Assembly (NCBI GenBank): GCA_964016885.1
Contig: OZ024751.1
Span: 47,988,001-48,052,000 of the forward strand
Length of the DNA stretch: 64,000 nucleotides
Source of the DNA: Eledone cirrhosa
Lineage: Eukaryota
Direction: 5' to 3'
Both the position numbers and the translations under genes were made by a program. Positions 25,343-36,814 of this stretch are shown here, piece by piece; the stretch's first letter is position 1; every line of letters starts with the position of its first letter. The notes beneath the pieces are model-generated. The model saw nothing but the letters and a program-made list of their open reading frames with translations, had not been told where the DNA came from and made no database searches.

Positions 25343-25376
<34 letters not shown>

Positions 25377-26076
25377 TGTGTGTGTGAAAATATAGTCACC
25401 ATAAGGCAAATAACTAACGATTTCTAATTTAAGAACAAAGCACACAATTTGTGGGGGATGGGGAAGTGGATTACATCAACCCCAGTATGTGACTGGTATT
25501 TTATTTTATCGACCAACCCCGAAGGTCCCTAGTGCTGGTGCCACAGTAAAACACACACCCCAGGACATTCTATAAAGTGGTTGGTGATAGAAAGATTATC
25601 CAGTTGTAGAAACCTTCCTCCGTTCAGTTTTCTGGGAGGACAATAGCCTTGATTAAGTACTCTCTTTCTCTCCTAGCTAAGAACCACTCCACACACTGAC
25701 ATTCTGGGGGTGTAGTGTGACAGTCCAGACACACTCTTATTTCTCTTGCTCACTCTCTTCTCTCACACTCCCTCATACACCTCACACTCCCTCTCCTAGC
25801 TAAGAACTACACAGCACACTGTCACACAGTGACTTTAGGGGCTGTAATGTGACAGACTGGTCATGTAATTCCCCTTTCTCCCTATCTCTCTCTTTATTTT
25901 AATCCCTCTCTGTCAACTAACTGGGAACTACACAACACACTGTGACATGGTGACTCTATGGGGAGAAGTGTGACAGCCTGGACACGTCAATTCTCCATGG
26001 AATTCTTGACACAGAGGCCACTCAACTTGCTCTAATTAGAAGCCAAATCAACTTCAATTTTATTATTTACTGTTTA

Positions 26077-26270
26077 ATGGCGGTGGATTGGCAGTATTGG
26101 TAGAGGATCAGACGCTATGCTTTGCAGCATAGAGTTATGGCCCTTTGTGGTCCGAGTTCAAATCCCGCCGAGGTTAACTTTGCCTTTCATCCTTACGGGG
26201 TCGATAAAATAAAGTACCAGTAATACGCTAGGATAATTGCTGGCCTTGTGCCTAAAGTAGAAACAATTAT
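26077..26270 (+). mobile_element. tRNA-derived SINE family B
   Basis: A/B boxes plus GCCTTTCATCCTTACGGGGTCGATAAAA core; more copies at ~16855-17068, 28000-28180, 49220-49395 and 52367-52590. Confidence 0.8.
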
Positions 26271-28825
26271 TTTCTGTTTAATGAAATAGTCAAGGACAAT
26301 GGCCATGATCCCACATCTTTTCCATGGCCCCTGGGACCAGGGAAGGATGGACAGTGGCTTTTGGGGTTAGTAGAAGGAATGGAAGGTATGATACTCGTAT
26401 CAGAGCACTGGCCTAAATGCTTCCAGCAGGTGAGAACCCACAGAAGACATTGAGGCTGGACACTTGTCTTATGCAATTCTTGACCTTGAGATCACATGGG
26501 GTGAAGGACAAATCTCTGTGATGCAGGGGCAGCAGTAGCAGCAGCAGTAGTAGCATCAGCAGTAGCAGCAGCAATAATAATTGTAGTAGTAGTAGTAGTA
26601 GTAACAATTCAATGCTAGTTGTAGGAAGATTTCATTCAGACACAAGCCACACATACACACTCATACACATATATATACAGACCTACACGCACATATATAT
26701 ATATATATATATATAAATATATACAGACATACTCCTATATACCCACTCACATCTAGGTTGTGAATGCAGGCTGACCTTTAGTCAAATCAACAAACATGTA
26801 AATAAATATATATGTGTGTTTGTGTGTGTGAGTAGCATTATATTCAACAAGTGTGTGTGTGTGTGTGCATATATATATATATGTATATATATGTGTATAT
26901 ATATACACACACACACATATATATACATACATATATATATATACATACATATATATATATATACACATATATATATACACATATATATATACACATATAT
27001 ATACATATATACACATATATATATACACATATATATATACACATATATATATACACATATATATATATACACATATATATATATACACATATATATATAC
27101 ACATATATATATACACATATATATATACACATATATATATACACATATATATATACACATATATATATACACATATATATATACACATATATATATACAC
27201 ATATATATATACACATATATATATACATATATATATACATATATATATACATATATATATACACATATATACACATATGTACATACATAGATATACACAC
27301 ATATATATATATACACATATATATACATACATACATACATACACATATGTACATACATACATACACATATGTACATACATACTAATATATATATATATAT
27401 ATATACACACATTTATAGATTATATGTGATAATATATATATATATATTTATATATATGTTTCAAATATTACCAAACAATTGTTTTGTTATTTTGTAGGTG
27501 CTTTTAGTCTAATTTTAACTGTAACCTTTAGCTGTATTACTGTTGTTGTGTTGGGTTTGGTAGATGAGAACTAACATATGAGCCAAAGAGGGAGTCCACT
27601 ACATGGTCGCTCAAAATAGCAGCTAAATCTTTCACACCAGCCACCTGCTGTATATTAAAAATGAAGGGCAAGCTGGATATATTGAATGGTGTTGACCTTT
27701 GTCAGCTTTGATGATAAGTGTTTCAGTTGTGTGATGAGAGGAACAGCTTGCTCATGTAATTAACGTGTAAGTGGAGGCACATGCCCTACTGGTAAGGGTG
27801 TTGAGCTTCCAATCATAATGGCGTGGGTTCAGGTTATGTGTTGTATTGTGTTCTTGAGCAAAACTCTTCATTTCACATTGCTCCAGTATACTCAGCTGAA
27901 AATGAGTCACAGCAATAATTGGAGGTTTAACTCTTTAATCTTTTTTCTATTTCCTGATGAAGGATTAGCATCCAAAACACTAAAGCTCTTTCCCAGTTAT
28001 TGGCAGGATTGATGGAGCGCCAGACACCATGCTTTGCAGCATAGAGTTATGGCCCTTTACGTTCTGATTTCATATCCCGCGGAGGTTAACTTCACCTTTT
28101 ATCTTTACGGGGTCAATAAAATAAAGTACCAGTAATACACTAGGGTAATTGCTAGCCTTGTGTCAAAAGTAGAAACAATTATTCTATTGTTCTTCTGTCT
28201 TATTTTTCCATGTTGACATTTTGTTTTTATATGTATCATAGACTCCCTTTGGTCATGAATGACCATGGGATTTGCACCTAAAAAGTTTCCCTCCGAGGCA
28301 CAAGCCTGGGCAAGGTGTGTGTGTGGAAGACCAACAGTCACCAATGCATGCCAGTCTCCCTTCTCTCTGCCACCAATGTTGTCCAAGGGTAAAGCAATGT
28401 CCAATACAGCTTGGCACCAGTGACGTCACAACTCATTTCTGCAGCTGAGTGAACTGGAGCAACGTGAAATAAAGTGTTTTGCCCAAGAACATAATATAAC
28501 ACACTGCCCGGTCTGGGATTCAAACTCACAACCTTACGATTGTGAACTCAACACCCTTAAGCTTCATGCCTTCACAAACACATGTGTGTATCATCATCAT
28601 TGTCATTTTATGTCCATTTTTCCACATTAGCATGTGTTAGATGAGTTGTCCTGTTGCGGACAATGCTAGGTCAGGTGACCATCCCTTGCTCATATGTGTT
28701 TGTGTGTGTATAACACACTGAAATTGTAGGAATCTCTTGTAGTTAGATGATGAGAAAGGGATGTACCCACATTTTTCCATTGTCTGCTCATGTCATATGT
28801 GGTGTCACATTTTGAATATTTTTTT

Positions 28826-29120
28826 AATTTTACGTCTGCTTTTTCCTGCTTGCAAGGGTGGGATGGGAACTGATTCTGGCTTGATTTCTACAGCTGGATG
28901 CCCTTCCTAACACCAACCTCATTTACAGTGAGTGCTGGGTGCTTTTTTACCGTGGCACCTCCACGACCACTTTGCAGTGGAATGATAGGGACCCCAGTCC
29001 CTATCATCTCATTTCTACAGCTGAGTAAACTGGAGCAATGTGAAATAAAGTGTCTTGCTCAAGGAAACAACACATCACCCGGTCGAAGAATTGAACTCAC
29101 AACCTTTTGATTGCAAGATT
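28826..29120 (-). mobile_element. SINE family A, lacking the extreme 5' end
   Basis: Matches 15828-16166. Confidence 0.8.
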
Positions 29121-29139
29121 GCAATATATATATATATAT

Positions 29140-29540
29140 ACACCTCTCAAAGGCGATGATACACGACCGTGACCCCTAGCGTCACGCAGTAATACAGAAG
29201 ACCCAACTCGCCACGGGTACAAGTTGAAGCTGAAGCATATAGACAATATGCCCCCACACCCTCCCACTGCAAAGTGGTCATGGAGGTGCCACGGCAAAAA
29301 GCACCCAGCCCACACTGTAAAGTAGACGTGTAGGCACTACGGAAAAAAGCACCCAGCACTCACTGTAAATGAGGTTGGTGTTAGGAAGGGCATCCAGCTG
29401 TAGAAATCAAGCCAGAATCGAATCAGTTCCCGTACGAGCAAGGTATGGTCAGCCAACTGGCTACTACCCACAATAGGACAACTCGTCTAACCCATGCTAG
29501 TGTGGAAGAACGGACGTAAAAAGGTGATGGTGATGATGAT
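29140..29540 (+). mobile_element. RTE LINE 3' end (ORF C-terminus + 3' UTR); likely donor family of the SINE A tail
   Basis: Translates HLSKAMIHDRDP*RHAVIQKTQL (cf. HLSKTMSLDRDLWRYSVIEKTRL); UTR matches SINE A 3' part; (GAT)n tail. Confidence 0.75.
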
Positions 29541-29551
29541 ATATATATATA

Positions 29552-29741
29552 TAACAAAGGAATTGTGGTAAGGAACCAAATGGACCATAATGTACCAGAG
29601 TACTCAATACTTAGGGTAGTAGAGTGGGAAATAGGGAAAAGTATGACCCTGACGGCAGAGCTCAAGCCGTTTCGACGGCTATTTCAGTCCAGAAATAGCC
29701 GTCGAAACAGCTTGAGCTCTGCCGTCGGGGTCATACTTTTT

Positions 29742-29745
<4 letters not shown>
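29552..29745. mobile_element. Fold-back hammerhead-family element
   Basis: Arms ~29632-29686 and ~29692-29744, each with a GAAA-CGGC...GCCG-TC-like 3' ribozyme half. Confidence 0.7.
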
Positions 29746-29782
<37 letters not shown>

Positions 29783-29995
29783 CGTTTCTGAATTTGTTTA
29801 GCAAGATTCTTTATCTGAAATCGTGTGTTGAAACCGATATTGTTATACTTTGGGAGGGTCATGTTGCCAATAAGAAACACACGCACCAGTTGCTTTCACT
29901 TCAATTTAATTTAATATATATTTATAAATTTACAAATTTATAAATTTCTGGTTGGTTGGTTGGTTCCACAACCAGATAGTTGTTTATATATATAT

Positions 29996-30040
29996 AGTCA
30001 TAGTTCTTTCGTCACACACTCTGTGACCTCTTCAGTGACT
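29996..30040 (-). ncRNA. Minimal hammerhead ribozyme of the PLE pseudo-LTR
   Basis: Mirror copy of 32925-32969. Confidence 0.8.
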
Positions 30041-30337
30041 GGGGATTTCTTTCTTCGTTTCTGTGCCTTTCCTTTCTTCTATCCTACGCCATTTTGTTTG
30101 TGTGTGGGTTGCGTGCTCAGTTTGCGCATGCGCCACATCCGGGTGTCTGTGTGTGTTTGTGTTCATTTTTCTATTTTTCTATTTATATTTGTTTGTTTAT
30201 TTATTTATTTATTGTTGGTTGGTTGTTTGTTCTATGTGTGTGTGTGTTTTCATTTTGTCTTGTGTGTGTTTTCATTTTGTGTGTGTTTTCAATTGTAAGT
30301 TGTTTGTTCTATGTGTGTGTGTGTTTTCATTTTGTCC

Positions 30338-32104
30338 TTAATTGTAAGTTGTGATGTTGCTGTTCCACTCATATTTTCTATTTAATTTTGGTTTTAATTC
30401 TTTTATGCTTACTGCCTCTGTAATTTGCCTAAACATTGCGTCTTTCTTGTGTGTGGATTCTATTTTTATTTCTATGCTCTCTAATTTACCCCTGTGTTCT
30501 ATCTTAGCATGTTGGTAGAGCACAGATGATTCTTTACTATCTTGGAGGTCTCGCCAGTGTTCATTTATTCTTTCCCCTATACTACGAGCTGTCTCACCTA
30601 TGTACACTATATTTTTGTTTCTACATTGTCCTTCAGTACATCTTATGCTATATACTACATTTCTAGTTTTACAGTTAATATGGGGGCTTATTTTACAGGT
30701 TATACATTTCTTATCTATACATGAGGGTCTTTGGAACGGGTATGTCTTGCTAATAAGTGTTTTTACGGAGGTACCAGGTCTTTCTACTATCTTAATATTG
30801 AGATTATGTTTCTTTAGGGCCCTTCTAAATTTGTAGGCTAGTTCGCCTCTAGGGGTTGTATTGATGAACATTACACTCTGGTATTTATTGCTATCATACC
30901 ATGAGTTTATTCTATTGGCCTTGTTCTTAGTTCTTTCTATTCTATTCCAAAATTTGCTCCTATACAAGGGGCAGGTCCCATTTATGTCATTATTTACCAT
31001 TTTTTCCCATTTGGTTCTGGCTCCTTTATACACTCTGATTCTATCTCTCTGATTGTAGCCAGAGAACTGCATACGGTGGATGAAGTGTTGTATGTGTCTC
31101 TCTAGTTCTTCGGGGTTGCACATGCGGGACACATTTCTCATCACCCGTATCAAATCCGCAATCAGTATGTTGATTTTGGTATGGTCCGAAATGGCCGAGT
31201 TTCGGTGGATCAGATGTTTGGAAGTCATGGGTTTGGCATAATGGGAATGGAGGATTTGTTTTTGGTTGTTAATAGTATCTAACCAGAGCTCTGTGTCTAG
31301 TACAGGTAATCGATGGTTGGGGTGTCTACTTGGGTAGTCTATAGTAACTCTAATGCTCTGGTGGATGGAGTTTGCTATTTGCTGGATGCTTTCCATTGTG
31401 TTTTTCTCTGGTTCCTGACTGTTCTTTAGTGGGGGTGTCTTAACTACGATGTTTATATCATCTACGTAGCGGGAGTACATTATCAGGGTTAAGCTGTCTT
31501 CTAATTGTTCTTTAAGTTTTTGTTTAAGTCTACTGTCCCACCATACCATGAACAAGTTAGCTATGTCGCCTGCAATGCTAACACCAATGGCTGCTCCTTC
31601 CTCTTGGGCATATGTTTTACCATTAAATTTGAACATATGTTCCTTAAGGGTTAATTTTATGCTGGCCCCTACCGCATGTGCAATCATTTTCTTCAGTTCA
31701 TCGTGGTTTTCGGGTGTCCGTATGGCTCTGGTCCACCCGTTCCATCTATCTGTGTGGGTTTTCTTGGCCATTGAGGTAATGGTAGGTGGTCTGCCTCTTG
31801 CTGGTCTTGTAGGGCACAGGTTGCTAAGGTCATAAGTGTCTAGGTAACTATTACTATGGGTAAGCTTAAGTAGAAGTCCCAGCTCACTGGTATCAATCCC
31901 ACGGAACTCAACCTTGCTCTCGCTGATCATTTCGACGCATTTCTCCACAGCAAAATCCACGTCAATAGATGGATACAGGGACACAACATCCATACTGCCT
32001 ATTATGCAGTTTGTTAGGTCCCCAGATCGGTTACCCGCGCCGATTCTGCTGAGGAGGTCCTCCGTGCTGTCACACACATCTGGGGACATCTCAATATTCA
32101 TCAA
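30338..32104 (-). CDS. PLE reverse transcriptase + GIY-YIG endonuclease (N-terminally truncated, uninterrupted 588 aa)
   Basis: RT motifs SMDVVSLYPSI, QEEGAAIG, YSRYVDD, LPVLD; Cys linker CIDKKCITC; NVVYSIRC...YIGETARSIGERINEH...E..I...P.LN. Confidence 0.95.
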   Translation of the reverse strand: MMNIEMSPDVCDSTEDLLSRIGAGNRSGDLTNCIIGSMDVVSLYPSIDVDFAVEKCVEMISESKVEFRGIDTSELGLLLKLTHSNSYLDTYDLSNLCPTRPARGRPPTITSMAKKTHTDRWNGWTRAIRTPENHDELKKMIAHAVGASIKLTLKEHMFKFNGKTYAQEEGAAIGVSIAGDIANLFMVWWDSRLKQKLKEQLEDSLTLIMYSRYVDDINIVVKTPPLKNSQEPEKNTMESIQQIANSIHQSIRVTIDYPSRHPNHRLPVLDTELWLDTINNQKQILHSHYAKPMTSKHLIHRNSAISDHTKINILIADLIRVMRNVSRMCNPEELERHIQHFIHRMQFSGYNQRDRIRVYKGARTKWEKMVNNDINGTCPLYRSKFWNRIERTKNKANRINSWYDSNKYQSVMFINTTPRGELAYKFRRALKKHNLNIKIVERPGTSVKTLISKTYPFQRPSCIDKKCITCKISPHINCKTRNVVYSIRCTEGQCRNKNIVYIGETARSIGERINEHWRDLQDSKESSVLYQHAKIEHRGKLESIEIKIESTHKKDAMFRQITEAVSIKELKPKLNRKYEWNSNITTYN

Positions 32105-32627
32105 TACAACCCCTAGAGGCGAACTAGCCTACAAATTTAGAAGGGCCCTAAAGAAACATAATCTCAATATTAAGATAGTAGAAAGACCTGGTACCTCCGT
32201 AAAAACACTTATTAGCAAGACATACCCGTTCCAAAGACCCTCATGTATAGATAAGAAATGTATAACCTGTAAAATAAGCCCCCATATTAACTGTAAAACT
32301 AGAAATGTAGTATATAGCATAAGATGTACTGAAGGACAATGTAGAAACAAAAATATAGTGTACATAGGTGAGACAGCTCGTAGTATAGGGGAAAGAATAA
32401 ATGAACACTGGCGAGACCTCCAAGATAGTAAAGAATCATCTGTGCTCTACCAACATGCTAAGATAGAACACAGGGGTAAATTAGAGAGCATAGAAATAAA
32501 AATAGAATCCACACACAAGAAAGACGCAATGTTTAGGCAAATTACAGAGGCAGTAAGCATAAAAGAATTAAAACCAAAATTAAATAGAAAATATGAGTGG
32601 AACAGCAACATCACAACTTACAATTAA
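32097..32627 (+). pseudogene. Inverted duplicate of the PLE linker + GIY-YIG domain
   Basis: Same translation from FINTTPRGE to the stop codon as the 30338-32104 ORF. Confidence 0.9.
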
Positions 32628-32822
32628 GGACAAAATGAAAACACACACACACATAGAACAAACAACTTACAATTGAAAACACACACAAAATGAAAACACA
32701 CACAAGACAAAATGAAAACACACACACACATAGAACAAACAACCAACCAACAATAAATAAATAAATAAACAAACAAATATAAATAGAAAAATAGAAAAAT
32801 GAACACAAACACACACAGACAC

Positions 32823-32878
32823 CCGGATGTGGCGCATGCGCAAACTGAGCACGCAACCCACACACAAACAAAATGGCG
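32823..32878 (+). promoter_or_regulatory. Putative PLE internal promoter motifs (ETS-like, NRF1-like, YY1-like)
   Basis: CCGGATG, GCGCATGCGC and AAAATGGCG clustered just upstream of the hammerhead; partly retained in diverged relatives (59411, 62459). Confidence 0.4.
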
Positions 32879-32924
32879 TAGGATAGAAGAAAGGAAAGGC
32901 ACAGAAACGAAGAAAGAAATCCCC

Positions 32925-32969
32925 AGTCACTGAAGAGGTCACAGAGTGTGTGACGAAAGAACTATGACT
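32925..32969 (+). ncRNA. Minimal hammerhead ribozyme of the PLE pseudo-LTR
   Basis: AGTCA-CTGAAGA-G-GTCACA GAGTG TGTGAC-GAAA-GAAC-TA-TGACT. Confidence 0.85.
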
Positions 32970-33120
32970 ATATATATATAAACAACTATCTGGTTGTGGA
33001 ACCAACCAACCAACCAGAAATTTATAAATTTGTAAATTTATAAATATATATTAAATTAAATTGAAGTGAAAGCAACTGGTGCGTGTGTTTCTTATTGGCA
33101 ACATGACCCTCCCAAAGTAT

Positions 33121-33153
<33 letters not shown>

Positions 33154-33595
33154 ACTGAATATTTGATCCAACAACAACAAAATGTAGCAAATTTGAGAAG
33201 AAAAATCGCCATAGATAAATGATAAAATTTTTTTATATTAATAAAATATTTTAGTTTGAGAATGGTTAAGAGTTGATTCTTTGAGAACTGTTTTGACATT
33301 GTGGTAATAACTCTTACTGGAAACTGGGGAGGAGGAGGGGAGGATAGGGGTAGGTGGATGAGGTAGTAGGGGAGGATGGAGAGGAAGGAGAGATGGACAA
33401 GAGGTAGGTGGAAAAGGAAGAGAATCGGGAGAAGGGGGAGGAGATGGAGGAGGAGAAGAGATGAGGTAGAAGAGGAGGAGGAAAAGGAGGATAGGGAAGA
33501 GAAAGGGAAGAATGGAGAGGTAATCAGGGAGGAAGAGAAAGAGGAGGGAGGAGGAGGGGGTGACAGGAGGACTTTAAGACCTTTGGTCCACTTAC

Positions 33596-33664
33596 CCTTT
33601 CCATTTCGACGAAGTCATCGTCAAGTTCTGTCCCTTTAGCACCGCCAATCTTCTCACTCATATA
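33596..33664 (-). CDS. EndoA: Endophilin-A coding exon (YMSEKIGGAKGTELDDDFVEMER)
   Basis: 69 nt, tgcag acceptor, gtaag donor, phase 0/0; matches endophilin-A SEK.GGA.GT.LDDDF.EMER. Confidence 0.95.
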
Positions 33665-34157
33665 CTGCAATAGAAAAGTTAAGAGATAAGAGAATTGTAA
33701 CAAGAGAGAGAGAGAGAGAGGCAGAGATAGAAAGATAGAGAGAGGGGTGCAGGTAGAGTTATGGTGTTATGAGAGAGAGAGAAAGAGAGAGAGAGAGTAA
33801 TGAAAAAAAGGTTAACAAGAGAAAAGAATTAATCTGAAAAAAAGAAGGAATGGTAAAAACGTTAATAATGGGAGAAATGATTTAATTATAGCATAATTAA
33901 CAGAAATGTAATGAAGGAGAGTGTGTGAGTGAGTGTGGGAGAGTGTGTGAGTGAGTGTGTGTGAGTGTGAGAGAGAGTGAGAGAGAGAGTGTGAGAGAGA
34001 GTGTGTGAGTGTGAGAGAGAGAGTGTGTGTGAGTGAGTGAGAGAGAGAGTGTGTGAGTGTGAGAGAGTGTGAAACCTCATCAATATTATAGTCATTTAAA
34101 TAAAGGTAAGCAATGCATACTCATGGGAAAGAATTATATCAGAGAGAGAGAGAGAGA

Positions 34158-34229
<72 letters not shown>

Positions 34230-34231
<2 letters not shown>

Positions 34232-34655
34232 AGGAGGTGAGTTTTATTGTAGTACAATAAAGCAATGCAGATATCGGATAAGTAGCACTCCACAGTTTGT
34301 AGGACTGGAGTATAAATAATAATAATATATAAGATCAAAAGATGGTTAAAAGAGTTCCATGTATTTTATTATGCACATTTCAAAAACAAATATCATCATG
34401 CAATAACATTTGCGTTTTCGTCAGATAAAATAGGGAGACATGATATGAAGGTTAAAACACACTTGTGAATAGTGCAGTTTATATTGATTTAAAACTGCAC
34501 TATTCACAAGTGTCTTTTAACCCCTTCATATGTCCCCCTATTTTATCTGACGAAAACGCAAATGTCATCTCATGATGATATTTGTTTTTGAAATGCGCAT
34601 AATAAAATACATGGAACACTTTTAACCATCTTTTGATCTTATATATTATTATTAT
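34230..34655. mobile_element. Fold-back hammerhead element
   Basis: Arms ~34319-34480 and ~34492-34652; hammerheads on both strands. Confidence 0.85.
34539..34609 (+). ncRNA. Type I hammerhead ribozyme (mirror copy 34362-34432 on minus strand)
   Basis: TATTTTAT-CTGACGA-AAACGCAAATGTCATC TCAT GATGATATTTGTTTTT-GAAA-TGCGCA-TA-ATAAAATA. Confidence 0.9.
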
Positions 34656-34728
34656 ATATTAATGCACTGGGTAATTGCTGGCCTTGTGCCAAAAGTAGAA
34701 ATAATTATATATATATATATATATATAG

Positions 34729-34780
34729 GGCTTTCCTGATGATTTCCTTTGAATGAAACAGTTCTAGTCCTGTAGAATCC
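34729..34780 (+). ncRNA. Type I hammerhead ribozyme in a ~140-bp (TA)n-flanked element
   Basis: GGCTTTC-CTGATGA-TTTC CTTT GAAT-GAAA-CAG TTCTAGTC CTG-TA-GAATCC. Confidence 0.7.
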
Positions 34781-34869
34781 ATTTCTATATTAAATCTTGT
34801 ATATACACTTTGTATTGAGTACCTTATGTACTGTGGTTACCCCACCCCTCCCGATTGAACCCAGGATGT

Positions 34870-34899
<30 letters not shown>

Positions 34900-34902
<3 letters not shown>

Positions 34903-35400
34903 CCGTCACTGATAAGGATCAAGGGTCATTCAAGTTGTATGAAAGACATGATAACCTCCATAGTGTGGGTATTTTATACAATAAATGACCACCCACTACA
35001 CTGTGAAGTGGTTGACAGGAAGAGTATCCTTCTCCTCTTTCTTCCTGGTCCACTTATTCCTGAGAGGGCTATCTGGGCAGAGTCCTCCTCAAACTCTCCT
35101 TCCAGTGAGTCCTATCAGAAGCAAATGTCTCCAACTGATCCACCTGAATCCCCAAGCGAGACCAGCCAAGCTCATGGATGTTATCCAACTATCTTACTCG
35201 AAGTCAGCCCCTGGGTCTCTTCCCGGTCGGTTTTTCCCATAAAATATGTCCAATGCTTCTTTCCTGAGATATTCTAACCACATGCCGATGGTATCGGAGC
35301 CGTGATCTCACAATTCAGAGATGCAGTGGCTCTACCTGGAGTGAGTGACTCTCTTTTCTCCAAGCTACGCACTCTATCGAGTAACGTTACTCGAAAGATC
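34900..35400 (-). mobile_element. Decayed RTE-like LINE C-terminus (second family)
   Basis: Minus strand HVVRISQERS...PTGKRPRG*...LDNIHELGWSRLGI...DRTHWK, with stop codons. Confidence 0.65.
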
Positions 35401-35861
35401 CCTCAGAGGAACCCCGGCTGTAGAAAACCTATCAAACAAGGGGTCGGTTGGAGGAATCTTAGGCTGTTTCAAAGACATGACAACTGTGCTGGTGCTATGA
35501 TAAAATGATAAAATGTAGAAATCATGGAAAGTTTTTTGAAGTGTTTTAGCAGCCTGTTGAATGCAGAAATGTAAGTAATGAGATGCAGGCTCCTCCTAGG
35601 AAATCAGAGAGCTCAGTAACTCTACTTGAGTACTGACTCAGCCTGTGTCATCCTATCCAATTGTTGCTACCGGGAGGAGGAGGGCGGGCATTCATTAAAT
35701 GATGATGAAAGAAAGACTGGAACAACCACCCTACAAACACACATGTACATATATAGGTAGATAAATAGAAAGATATGTGTGTGTGTGTGTGTGTGTGTGT
35801 GTCTATATATATATATATATATGTTTGTGTGTGTGTGTGTGTGTCTATATATATATATGTT

Positions 35862-35896
<35 letters not shown>

Positions 35897-36066
35897 GTTT
35901 GTGAGTGTCTATATATATATATATATGTTTGTGTGTGTGTATATATATGTTTGTGAGTGTCTATATATATATATATATGTTTGTGTGTGTGTATATATAT
36001 ATATGTTTGTGAGTGTATATATATATATATATGTTTGTGAGTGTATATATATATATATGTTTGTGA

Positions 36067-36113
<47 letters not shown>

Positions 36114-36355
36114 TGTGAGTGTATATATATATATATATATATGTTTGTGAGTGTATATATATATATGTTTGTGAGTGTATAAATATATATATATATGTTT
36201 GTGAGTGTATATATATATATATATATGTTTGTGAGTGTATATATATATATATGTTTGTGAGTGTATATATATATATATATGTTTGTGAGTGTATAAATAT
36301 ATATATATATGTTTGTGAGTGTATATATATATATATATATATATGTGTATGTATC

Positions 36356-36388
<33 letters not shown>

Positions 36389-36814
36389 GCTTGTGTGTGT
36401 ACATATACATATAGGCATATATATATTTGTGTGTGTGTGTGTGTATATATATATATGTAGAGAGAGAGAGATTTACACAGATACAGAAACCCAACACTTC
36501 CACTTAACCTCCATAGACACACACTAACTAATCTCCACCCCAGTCTCTATCTCGCTCTTTGCACACACACACACAAACACACACACGTGTGGGGGGGGGT
36601 GTACATATATCTATTTTGCTCTTTTTGTATTTCTTAACACATACACACCTTGATCTCATCCTCTCTATCTTCTCCCCTCTTTCCCTCACTCACTTATCCT
36701 CTTTCCCACCTCTCTCTCCACCAATACATTAAGATGGACTGTGGTACTTTATTGCCCCGAAAGAATGAAAAGTAAAATAGACATTGTCAGGATTTGAACA
36801 CAACACAACACAGT

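Larger units (their letters stand above)
29779..33128 (-). mobile_element. Penelope-like element, 5'-truncated, with ~1030-bp inverted arms, inserted in (TA)n
   Basis: Arms 29837-30868 and 32097-33128 (symmetric coordinates sum to 62965); RT + GIY-YIG ORF; a hammerhead in each arm. Confidence 0.95.

Noticed and set aside
27950-27990. Hammerhead-like CTGATGA-AGGAT TAGC ATCC-AAAAC
   Set aside because: GAAA is mutated and stem I/helix III are unconvincing; at most a dead remnant
31914-32627. Stand-alone 237-aa GIY-YIG gene
   Set aside because: Chimera of antisense RT sequence and the inverted arm across the inversion junction
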